This document shows positions 56,902-64,000 of a stretch of DNA of 64,000 bases, in pieces. The DNA is taken from NCBI GenBank assembly GCA_964514285.1, contig CAZEQC010000002.1, positions 18,165 to 82,164 on the forward strand, in the 5' to 3' direction. Each line of letters opens with the position of its first letter. The stretch's first letter is position 1. The notes under the pieces were generated by a model. It was given only the letters and a program-made list of their open reading frames with translations. It was not told the DNA's origin and did not search any database. Origin of the DNA: an uncultured Anaerolineales bacterium (GTDB lineage: Bacteria; Chloroflexota; Anaerolineae; B4-G1). The position numbers and the translations under genes are program-made.

Positions 56902-57903
56902 TTATTCCCTCCCGATCAGCGGCAGGTAGATGTCGCGTCGGTTGCCCCACCCCAGCGGTCTCCATTCACGTTCACCGTAGGCCGTCCAGGTGGTGGTGCC
57001 GAGCACCTCGCCGTCCACCGCCAGCCGTATCAGGTTGCCCAGCTTGGCGCCCTCGTCCTCCGGCGTAGTGGGATCGTCGGCGTAGCAAGGCAGCAAGCCG
57101 TACCAGCCCTCCACAGCGACCTCTACGGCGCCACAAGTGACGCCGTCGGGATCGAGCGCCCGGACCAGGGTCCCCAAGACCAGGGGGCCGGGACCGCCTG
57201 GCCCGTCCGGCCGGTGCGCCGGGCCGTAGATGGTGACCCATGCGCTGGTGGGGACCACGCCAGCCTCGCCCTCGACCCAGCGGATGATCTCGTCCTGATC
57301 TCCCGTGAGCCCGGCGGCGCTCCCCCGCTCCCCCACTCCTCTGCTCCCGTGCTCTCCCGCCCCTCCGCTACCCATCGCGACCGGCATAGGCCCCTCGAGC
57401 GTGGTCGAGTACTGGAGCGTCGTCGCCTGATTCATCTTGATCCAATACCCGTATCCCGGCCTCATGCGCTCCAGCGTGTTGAACACGGGATCGATATCCG
57501 GGTAGTAGGAGCGAGCGCCCCCCTGATAGCCGAGGACGGCGCTGTAGAGGCCGTCGATGTTGCTCAGGGCCTGGGCCACCGGCAAGGAGCCGTGTGGCAG
57601 GTAGCTGACCAAGTTCCACCCGGCGTCCAGCGACAGCGGGTGATCCTCAGGCAGCCGGTCGCCGATCATAGCCAGCACCGCTGGCACCGACGTCACCAGA
57701 ATCCACTCGATAGGCTCCTGGTCAGCTGGAGTGTCTACTTCCCAGGCTCGAATCAACCAGGCCTTTATCGGTGGTTGAAGGGACGAGAGATGGAGGGCGA
57801 AGTCACGGGCCTCGCCCCCCGCCTCCAGGCTGATTTCGGACTGGGCAGCCTGGGTCGACGCGGTCACCTGGGTCGACGCGGTCACCTGGGTCGACGCGGT
57901 CAC
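56902..57903 (-). pseudogene. Mosaic ORF: repeat-encoded N-terminus, IS4/Tn5-type transposase fragment, then domains typical of large secreted proteins
   Basis: The start codon lies inside an 18-bp tandem repeat. aa 22-76 look transposase-like. The remainder (GWNLVSYLP...GYGYWIKMN; GWYGLLPCYADDPTTPEDEGA) has no signal peptide. High local G+C. Confidence 0.45.
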
Positions 57904-58036
57904 CTGGGTCGACTGTGAGCGCAGCGACGTCTAGCCGGGCAATAGGTCCGCCGCGGGACGCCAGCAGAATCTGGTTGCGACGGGTCAGGAAACGGTCGAG
58001 ACGAGCGTACTCGAGCACAAACCAGAGCCCGGTCAC
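57676..58036 (-). mobile_element. Relic of an IS4/Tn5-like transposase (internal fragment, frameshifted)
   Basis: IKAWLIRAWEVDTPADQEPIEWILVTSVP parallels Tn5 Tnp LNAVLAEEINPPKGETPLKWLLLTSEPV. Upstream, in another frame, ..RFLTRRNQ.. parallels RFVVRSKH. No DDE core and no terminal repeats. Confidence 0.4.
57849..57913. repeat. 18-bp tandem repeat, 3 perfect copies plus an 11-nt partial copy
   Basis: CCTGGGTCGACGCGGTCA x3 read directly from the sequence. Encodes VTASTQ or VDPGDR depending on frame. Confidence 0.9.
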
Positions 58037-58144
58037 CGCGGTGGGGCCCTGCCAGAAGTATTGGCCCTCACGGGTTGGGAGGGAGCCGACGTCGGCTCGG
58101 ACGTCAGCACGACGGGTAGGGCTCCACAGCTGGCACCAATCTAC

Positions 58145-59401
58145 CTAAACCTCGGATCCACGTTCCCCTTCGATATCTGGCAGGTCCTGCTCGAGACAGC
58201 TTCGCTGGGCCAGGCAGTCGAGGGCAGCCTGCTGGGCCGTCTGGTAGACCACCTTCAGGGGAACATCACGCTCCTGGGCCAAGCGGCGGCACGCTCTGAG
58301 CTCCGGGGCTGCGTTCAACACGGCTTCACCACGAGAGGCCACCTTGACGCTTACCGCACCGTATGGGGTTTCCACCATGATCTGCTCACGCCGGAGCTTC
58401 CAGCGCGATGTGGTCCGGAACCGCACACCGATGGTCGTGGTCTCGCGGAAGAGTATATCCACCACCCCGGGCACGTAGTCCTCGGCCGCCAAGGCAGTCA
58501 GCTGCACACCTGGGCGGCCGTGCTTCATCATGATTCGGGTGATGAATACGTCAAGAGCCCCAGCGTCGAAGAGACGTGCTATGACGTAATCGTAGAACTC
58601 CGGATTCATATCGTCGACATTGGTCTCCACGACGGTTATCCGGTCTTGCTCGTAGCCGAAGGCATCCTCCATCGTTGATGGCGTCGATCCGATCTCGCCG
58701 ATCGACAGACGCAGGAGGTTCGGATGCGGCAAGTCACGCGTGCCAGCACCGTAGCCGATTTGCGTCACAGTCATAGGCGGGGCAGCGCCGAAGTGCTCCA
58801 CCAACGTGGTGAGAATGGCGGCGCCAGTGGGCGTCACCAACTCCGCGTCCACGTCTCGTCCGTAGGTGGGCACACCCTTCAGCAGTTCGGCCGTCGCCGG
58901 CGCGGGGACCGGCATAACCCCGTGAGCACAGGTAACGGTTCCCCGGCCAAGGTGGATCAGGGAGGCGAAGACGCGATCAACACCCAGCAGGTCGAGACCC
59001 AGCACGGCCCCGACCACATCGACGATAGCATCTAGAGCACCCACCTCGTGGAAGTGAACGTGGTCGACGGGCATACCGTGGACCTTAGCCTCCGCCTCGG
59101 CCAGGCTTCGGAAGATGGAGACGCTCTGCCGTTGGATTCGCTCTGGCAGACCGCTGCTCGTGATGATAGCTTCAATGTCGTGCAAATGACGTTCTGGCCC
59201 GTGCTCCTCTATCTCGACCGTGACGTGGGTGCCCCGCAGACCAGCCCGTCGCACCGTTTCGACACGGAGCGTATATCCAGAGACGTCCAACCGATCCAGC
59301 TGCTCCTGCAGGTCCTCCAGTTCCAGGCCAGCATCGAGCAACGCCCCCAGAACCATATTGCCGCTGACGCCGGAGAAACAATCGAAATAGGCAACGCTCA
59401 T
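58145..59401 (-). CDS. larC: Nickel-pincer cofactor biosynthesis protein LarC (nickel insertase, DUF111)
   Basis: AYFDCFSGVSGNMVLGALLDAGL N-terminus. Full-length fused form of 418 aa. Confidence 0.9.
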   Translation of the reverse strand: MSVAYFDCFSGVSGNMVLGALLDAGLELEDLQEQLDRLDVSGYTLRVETVRRAGLRGTHVTVEIEEHGPERHLHDIEAIITSSGLPERIQRQSVSIFRSLAEAEAKVHGMPVDHVHFHEVGALDAIVDVVGAVLGLDLLGVDRVFASLIHLGRGTVTCAHGVMPVPAPATAELLKGVPTYGRDVDAELVTPTGAAILTTLVEHFGAAPPMTVTQIGYGAGTRDLPHPNLLRLSIGEIGSTPSTMEDAFGYEQDRITVVETNVDDMNPEFYDYVIARLFDAGALDVFITRIMMKHGRPGVQLTALAAEDYVPGVVDILFRETTTIGVRFRTTSRWKLRREQIMVETPYGAVSVKVASRGEAVLNAAPELRACRRLAQERDVPLKVVYQTAQQAALDCLAQRSCLEQDLPDIEGERGSEV

Positions 59402-59417
59402 CAGTCTCCCGCTCGCC

Positions 59418-60161
59418 CTATTGATTGATCAGATGAGCCACGTAGCCGGCTCCAAAACCATTGTCGATATTGACGACGGATACGCCTGGAGCGCAGCTGT
59501 TAAGCATCGTCAGCAACGCGGACAGCCCCCCGAAGCTGGCGCCGTAACCCACGCTGGTAGGCACCGCCACCACAGGCCGATCCACCAAGCCGGCCACAAC
59601 ACTGGCTAGAGCCCCCTCCATACCGGCCGCCACCACCAGGACATTGGCGGCAAACAGTTGCTCTCGGCTTCCAAACAGGCGATGGATGCCCGCCACGCCC
59701 ACGTCGTAGAGTCGCTCGACGTCACTTCCGAGGGTCTCGGCGGTAACAGCGGCCTCGTCGGCCACGGGGATGTCGGCGGTGCCGGCGCTGACGACCAGGA
59801 CCGAGCCACGCCCACGCGACGGCGCCGGTCCTCCGACGACGACCATGCGCGCAGCAGCGTGATGGACGGCGTCTGGGAACGCTTCCTCCAGAGCCTGCGC
59901 CACCCCGACTCCGGCACGGGCAGCCATCACGCGCCCCTCACGGGCTCGGATACGCTCCACAATCCCCAAGATCTGTTCCGTTGTCTTTCCCGGGCAGAAG
60001 ATAACCTCAGGAAATCCTTTTCGCAGCGTCCGATGGCTGTCCAGGCGTGCGAACCCTAGATCCTCGTAGGGAAAGCCTTTAAGGCGCTCCAAAGCCTCAT
60101 CAACGCCCAGCTCCCCCTGCTCCACACCCGTCAACAGGTCACGTAACCAATGTGATTCCAT
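59418..60161 (-). CDS. larB: Nickel-pincer cofactor biosynthesis protein LarB (AIR-carboxylase-like)
   Basis: YEDLGFARLDSHRTLRKGFPEVIFCPGKT and VVAAGMEGALASVVAGL. ATG 60161 matches the usual LarB N-terminus. The ORF is open a further 69 codons, to 60368. Confidence 0.85.
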   Translation of the reverse strand: MESHWLRDLLTGVEQGELGVDEALERLKGFPYEDLGFARLDSHRTLRKGFPEVIFCPGKTTEQILGIVERIRAREGRVMAARAGVGVAQALEEAFPDAVHHAAARMVVVGGPAPSRGRGSVLVVSAGTADIPVADEAAVTAETLGSDVERLYDVGVAGIHRLFGSREQLFAANVLVVAAGMEGALASVVAGLVDRPVVAVPTSVGYGASFGGLSALLTMLNSCAPGVSVVNIDNGFGAGYVAHLINQ

Positions 60162-60426
60162 ACCATCCTTTATAGCTTCGGCTTCCAGGTCCTGACCCAC
60201 CTCAGCTGACCCTTCGGCGCTGAATGGCAGGCCGACATCACGACGCAAGGCGTGGTTCTCCACGAGTGCTCGCTGATCGCGGTCGCCGAGATAATCGAGC
60301 GTGCCCACGTCGTGGCTCGTTTGCGCAGCTGACCGGGCGAGAGTTCGGGTGCTGAAGCCGACAATCAAGATGCGCTTGGGAGGATTTCCCAGGCGACAGG
60401 GCCTCTACAAGAAGTCGTCGCGCCCG

Positions 60427-61044
60427 CTATGAGGCTGATGCCCGCTGCATCAATCGCGCCACCTCAACGAGACGTCGCACCGTGTCTCGCACGCTCTCCA
60501 TCCCGACCCGGTCGGCTTCGGCGCCTTCTGCTCCCTCATCGCCGGACCAGATCGTGCCGCCGAAGTTGGCACCAAAGGGGCCTCCGCTGACGGGGATCAT
60601 CTTGTTGGCCAAGTAGAAAGCGTGGATGCCCATAATGGCCAGCTCCTGTCCGCCGGCTCGGTCACCTCCCACAGCTACAGCCGCACCGACCTTGTCCCTG
60701 AAGGCATCGATATCCCGGGCAGCGACCGCCCGGCAGCGGTCAAGAACGGCCTTCAGTTGTCCTGAGAGGGTCCCCTGGTAGACGGGGGTCCCCAGCAGCC
60801 AAGCATCAGCGGCTTCCATGCTGGGGTACATCTTCGCCACGTCGTCTTCGAAGACACATCCCTCCTGTGTCCGCACACAATAGTCACAATGGATACAGAA
60901 GTTGATCTCCTTCCCTCGCACAGAGATGAACTCCGTCTCCACGTCCGCCAACGTCTTGGCGAACGCCAGTGCCTCCTTGAGGACGTAGCCGGTTGCTCCC
61001 TGGCGGGGGCTCCCAGATATGGCAAGTAGCTTCATAGGACGCAT
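60427..61044 (-). CDS. Iron-sulfur flavoprotein / NADPH-dependent FMN reductase family
   Basis: KLLAISGSPR flavodoxin-like start and compact cluster motif CIHCDYCVRTQEGC. Start uncertain (61035, 61044 or 61089). Confidence 0.75.
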   Translation of the reverse strand: MRPMKLLAISGSPRQGATGYVLKEALAFAKTLADVETEFISVRGKEINFCIHCDYCVRTQEGCVFEDDVAKMYPSMEAADAWLLGTPVYQGTLSGQLKAVLDRCRAVAARDIDAFRDKVGAAVAVGGDRAGGQELAIMGIHAFYLANKMIPVSGGPFGANFGGTIWSGDEGAEGAEADRVGMESVRDTVRRLVEVARLMQRASAS

Positions 61045-61063
61045 GGACCACTCTGTTTCGCTC

Positions 61064-63004
61064 TTAGCGTAAGACTCGCTTATCTCCAACGCGCCTTGTC
61101 ACCTCCAGGGCATCCAGATGCTCCAAAAGAGCCTGGGCATACTTCCGACTGGAGTTGAACATATCCCTCACCTCTGCCAGCGTGACGCTGCCCTCGCGCT
61201 CGATCCACTCGCGCACCCGTCGCACCATATCGTCATAGGTCTCCGGCGAGAAGACAACGTCCGAGGAGACCTGCACCAACGCCCCGCGGTTGACCAGAAC
61301 CCTGAACACGTCATCACCGACCAGCTCGACGCATTCCTTGACTGAAGGGGGTGCGTATGGATCACGTCGGAAGCGAGACCACAACGCCTCCACGCGCTGC
61401 TGCTGCTCCTGACTTAGCTCGACCTCGTGGCTCGACAGACGCACCATAGCGCCTTCATCAACGACGAGACCTTCTGCACGAGCACGCGTTAAGGCTGCAT
61501 CATACGTCCTGGGCGAGAGCCCCAGGCTGCTACGTAGCGCCTCTCGGGGCATCCCCTGCCGGAGAGGGTGGGTTTCGTGGTAAGAGGTAAGAGTCTGAGA
61601 GATGTGGTCGGACAAGCGCGACCACCAGTCTTGACTGACGATCAGAGCTTCGGCGGAGACAGGTTCTTCTGCATCGCTAGCGGCTTGATCCACCTCCCAA
61701 TCCAGATACAGAGCTCGGTTCTCATCGAGCAGTTCCCCGAGGGCCTCAGAGGCCCCATCCCCGAGCCGGCTGGCCTTCAACAAGAGGTCGGCCGAGACAG
61801 GCATCTCCCGCTGAAGGGTCTGGAACAGAATCTCCGCGGGACTACCCTCCGCCAACGTCTCCAGCCGATCGATGACCTGGGAGCGAAACCGACGGTGCTT
61901 ACGGCCTGGACTTGGATCCACCACGATCCCTCCACCGACAGTCGTGGGAGGCGAGGGGAGGCGGACGATGTACCGGTCACCCCTCATCATAGCGACAGGC
62001 TCCTGGAGCTCCAGCTGTACCCAACCGACTTCCCCCGGCAACAGAGCCTCCTGGCCTAAGAGCCGGGCTCGAGCCATCACCTGAGCGGCGCCCGTGTAGA
62101 ACTTGAACGTCGTGTTGTGACGCATGGGACGCTGCGCGAACTGTCCCAGGTCCGGCCAGAGGATATCGGGCAGGTAGCGCATCCGTACGTCCACCAACGT
62201 CGTCGCATGCAGTGAATCAGGGGAAGCCACTACATCGCCGCGCTTAAGCTGATCCTTGTCAACGCCGCTCAGATTGATCGCCACACGGCTGCCGGGGACC
62301 GCCCGTTCGATCTTCTCTTTGTGCGTTTGAAGGCCCCGAACACGAGCCTTCAGTCCTCGCGGCAGTATCTCTACAGCCTGCCCCGTCTCCAGATGACCAT
62401 CGATGAGCGTCCCAGTGACAACGGTGCCAAAGCCACTGACCGTGAAGACCCGGTCAACGGGCAATCGGGGACGACCACGATCCCGCTGAGGCTCACTCTC
62501 GGCCAGGACATCCTGCAAGGCGCTCAACAGTTGATCAAGGCCTCGTTTCTCACGGGCCGAGGTCAACACAAGCGGAGCATCCTCCAGAACCGTCCCCGTC
62601 AATGTCTCGGCAACGTCCTCCAGCACCAGTTCAAGCCATTCATCGCTCTCTATGACGTCGGTCTTGGTGATGGCGACGACACCGGCGTCGATCTCCAGAA
62701 GATCCAAGATGGCCAGATGCTCGCGGGTCTGAGGCATCACACTTTCATCGGCGGCGACAACGAAGATTGTCCCATCGATGCTGCCCACACCAGCCAGCAT
62801 GTTCTCGATGAAGTCACGATGACCTGGCACATCCACGATGCCCACAGTCTCACCATCGGGCAGCGTGAGCCAGGCGAAGCCCAAGTCGATGGTCAAGCCT
62901 CGTTCCTGCTCCTCGCGAAGTCGATCGGGGTTGATACCCGTCAGGGCGAGGATCAGGGCAGACTTGCCGTGGTCTACGTGTCCGGCTGTGCCGATGACGT
63001 GCAT
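61064..63004 (-). CDS. selB: Selenocysteine-specific translation elongation factor
   Basis: GHVDHGKS, DVPGH and NKTD-like G-domain, followed by EF-Tu-like domains and C-terminal winged-helix repeats. 646 aa. Confidence 0.9.
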   Translation of the reverse strand: MHVIGTAGHVDHGKSALILALTGINPDRLREEQERGLTIDLGFAWLTLPDGETVGIVDVPGHRDFIENMLAGVGSIDGTIFVVAADESVMPQTREHLAILDLLEIDAGVVAITKTDVIESDEWLELVLEDVAETLTGTVLEDAPLVLTSAREKRGLDQLLSALQDVLAESEPQRDRGRPRLPVDRVFTVSGFGTVVTGTLIDGHLETGQAVEILPRGLKARVRGLQTHKEKIERAVPGSRVAINLSGVDKDQLKRGDVVASPDSLHATTLVDVRMRYLPDILWPDLGQFAQRPMRHNTTFKFYTGAAQVMARARLLGQEALLPGEVGWVQLELQEPVAMMRGDRYIVRLPSPPTTVGGGIVVDPSPGRKHRRFRSQVIDRLETLAEGSPAEILFQTLQREMPVSADLLLKASRLGDGASEALGELLDENRALYLDWEVDQAASDAEEPVSAEALIVSQDWWSRLSDHISQTLTSYHETHPLRQGMPREALRSSLGLSPRTYDAALTRARAEGLVVDEGAMVRLSSHEVELSQEQQQRVEALWSRFRRDPYAPPSVKECVELVGDDVFRVLVNRGALVQVSSDVVFSPETYDDMVRRVREWIEREGSVTLAEVRDMFNSSRKYAQALLEHLDALEVTRRVGDKRVLR

Positions 63005-63016
63005 AAAACACTCCCT

Positions 63017-64000
63017 CTATTCACCACGCAGGGTGGCCAGTTGCTCATCAATGGGAGCGACGAACTCTTCGTAGACGTCCTGAGCGGCGTTCAACAGCGC
63101 GCTGGCATCGGCGCGCTGGACCTCCCATATAGCGCTCAGCTGATCGCGGTACAATTTGACAACGTCCTCGAGAGCCTCCAAGCGTCTCTGCTGCTCGCTA
63201 TCGACCTCCTCCTGATTCTGCCAACGCTGTTCTACGACGATCTCCCATTTCTTCCGTTCTTTTGCCCGTGCCGACTGCCATTCTTCCCACTCCCGCTCGA
63301 CGCGCTCCTCAGCGATGCGCTGTCTCTCAGCCATCTCATCCTGGCGTCTCTCGATCCGGGTCTTGAACGTCTCCAAGACATTGAGCGCACGCTTCACCTG
63401 CTGCCTTCGCTCAATGAAGCCATGCGTCTGCTCACGAATGCGCTCCAATTCATTGGCTACCTCTTCGGCTTGATCCAGGTACGCTCGCATCTTCTGCTCA
63501 CGCTGGAAATCGGAGACTCGTAGCTCCTCAATGGGCTTCTCGTATTTCTTTGCCATCTGCATAGCTGTGTCAATGCGAGAAGCCTGCTTCTGCACGCTCT
63601 GCTCAAGGAGAGGGTATTTCTGCGCCACATCTTCCACCTTCTTGTGGAGACCGGGTAGGTCATTCTCGAGCTCGATGAGGCGGCGATGGTCCGAACGGCG
63701 CCGCTCCTCCAGATAGGATACGGCGTTCGTTGGCTCCTCAATGCGCTTGTCTAGGTCGGCGACGATGGCCTCCAGGCTCTGGATCTTCTCACTCATTCGC
63801 TCCTGTTCCGCCTGACGCGCGGTAAGCTGTTCGTCATAACGAGGCAAAACGCGAAGCTCCTTCTCCAGCCGATTGAGGTGCTCCTTCATCGCCTCATGCT
63901 CGAGTCGGCGCAGCCGCTTGGCCTCGGCGCGCTCCTTGCGCCAGGCCTCGTCGCGCTGCTCGAGCTGGAAGGACATCTCTTTCTTGTAGTTAGAGACCAT
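63017..64000 (-). CDS. Coiled-coil protein of unknown function (may extend beyond the window)
   Basis: 327 aa of heptad-rich Glu/Arg/Lys/Gln sequence. The ATG sits exactly at the window edge, so the true start is unknown. Confidence 0.45.
   Translation of the reverse strand: MVSNYKKEMSFQLEQRDEAWRKERAEAKRLRRLEHEAMKEHLNRLEKELRVLPRYDEQLTARQAEQERMSEKIQSLEAIVADLDKRIEEPTNAVSYLEERRRSDHRRLIELENDLPGLHKKVEDVAQKYPLLEQSVQKQASRIDTAMQMAKKYEKPIEELRVSDFQREQKMRAYLDQAEEVANELERIREQTHGFIERRQQVKRALNVLETFKTRIERRQDEMAERQRIAEERVEREWEEWQSARAKERKKWEIVVEQRWQNQEEVDSEQQRRLEALEDVVKLYRDQLSAIWEVQRADASALLNAAQDVYEEFVAPIDEQLATLRGE

Overview
Chromosomal window, roughly 58-60% G+C by eye, with many GTG/TTG starts and Pro/Thr-rich linkers. 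It looks like a Chloroflexota-type, facultatively anaerobic bacterium, but that is inference only. I can support about 55 protein genes, 2 tRNAs (Cys-GCA, Leu-UAA), several near-consensus sigma-70-type promoters and several hairpin terminators. I see no rRNA, no CRISPR, no prophage and no intact mobile element. Left to right: an opine/sarcosine-oxidase-type dehydrogenase pair; a Liv-type amino-acid ABC transporter (order F-SBP-H-M-G); a glycyl-radical-enzyme (GRE) activase with a GRE remnant; slyD; membrane/EamA transporters; aminotransferase plus threonine dehydratase; metallophosphoesterase plus YgbA-like protein; class-V aminotransferase; sulfotransferase plus GT4; two coupled UvrD-like helicases; a large secreted C1 peptidase; GT39-like protein; gyrA; a COG2865 (AlbA_2/HATPase_c_4/wHTH) protein; DUF2079; acyl-CoA dehydrogenase; ppa; tRNAs; rplI; RodZ-like protein; rimO; CoA-transferase plus AlaDH-family protein; a fur-feoA-feoB-YibE/F-feoC operon; a four-subunit 2-oxoacid:ferredoxin oxidoreductase; GNAT; DUF3048; AmmeMemoRadiSam A/B; rarA; a mosaic relic ORF; larC-larB; an Fe-S flavoprotein; selB; and a coiled-coil protein. 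I did not find a clear multi-gene novel system. The strongest leads are: (1) a 21-nt exact direct repeat built from TATCCCAAAT decamers, with palindromic variants, in the two intergenic regions flanking DUF2079, just downstream of gyrA and the COG2865 regulator; (2) a 57-aa, 10-Cys desulforedoxin-like protein with a Cys-rich insert beside an unusual feo operon; (3) a GRE cut down in frame to its N-terminus plus last 13 residues next to an intact activase, part of a wider pattern of N-terminal gene stubs; (4) a consensus promoter followed by an intrinsic terminator upstream of slyD; (5) a nuclease-less, translationally coupled UvrD-like helicase pair. All family assignments come from reading the translations by eye; no searches were run.
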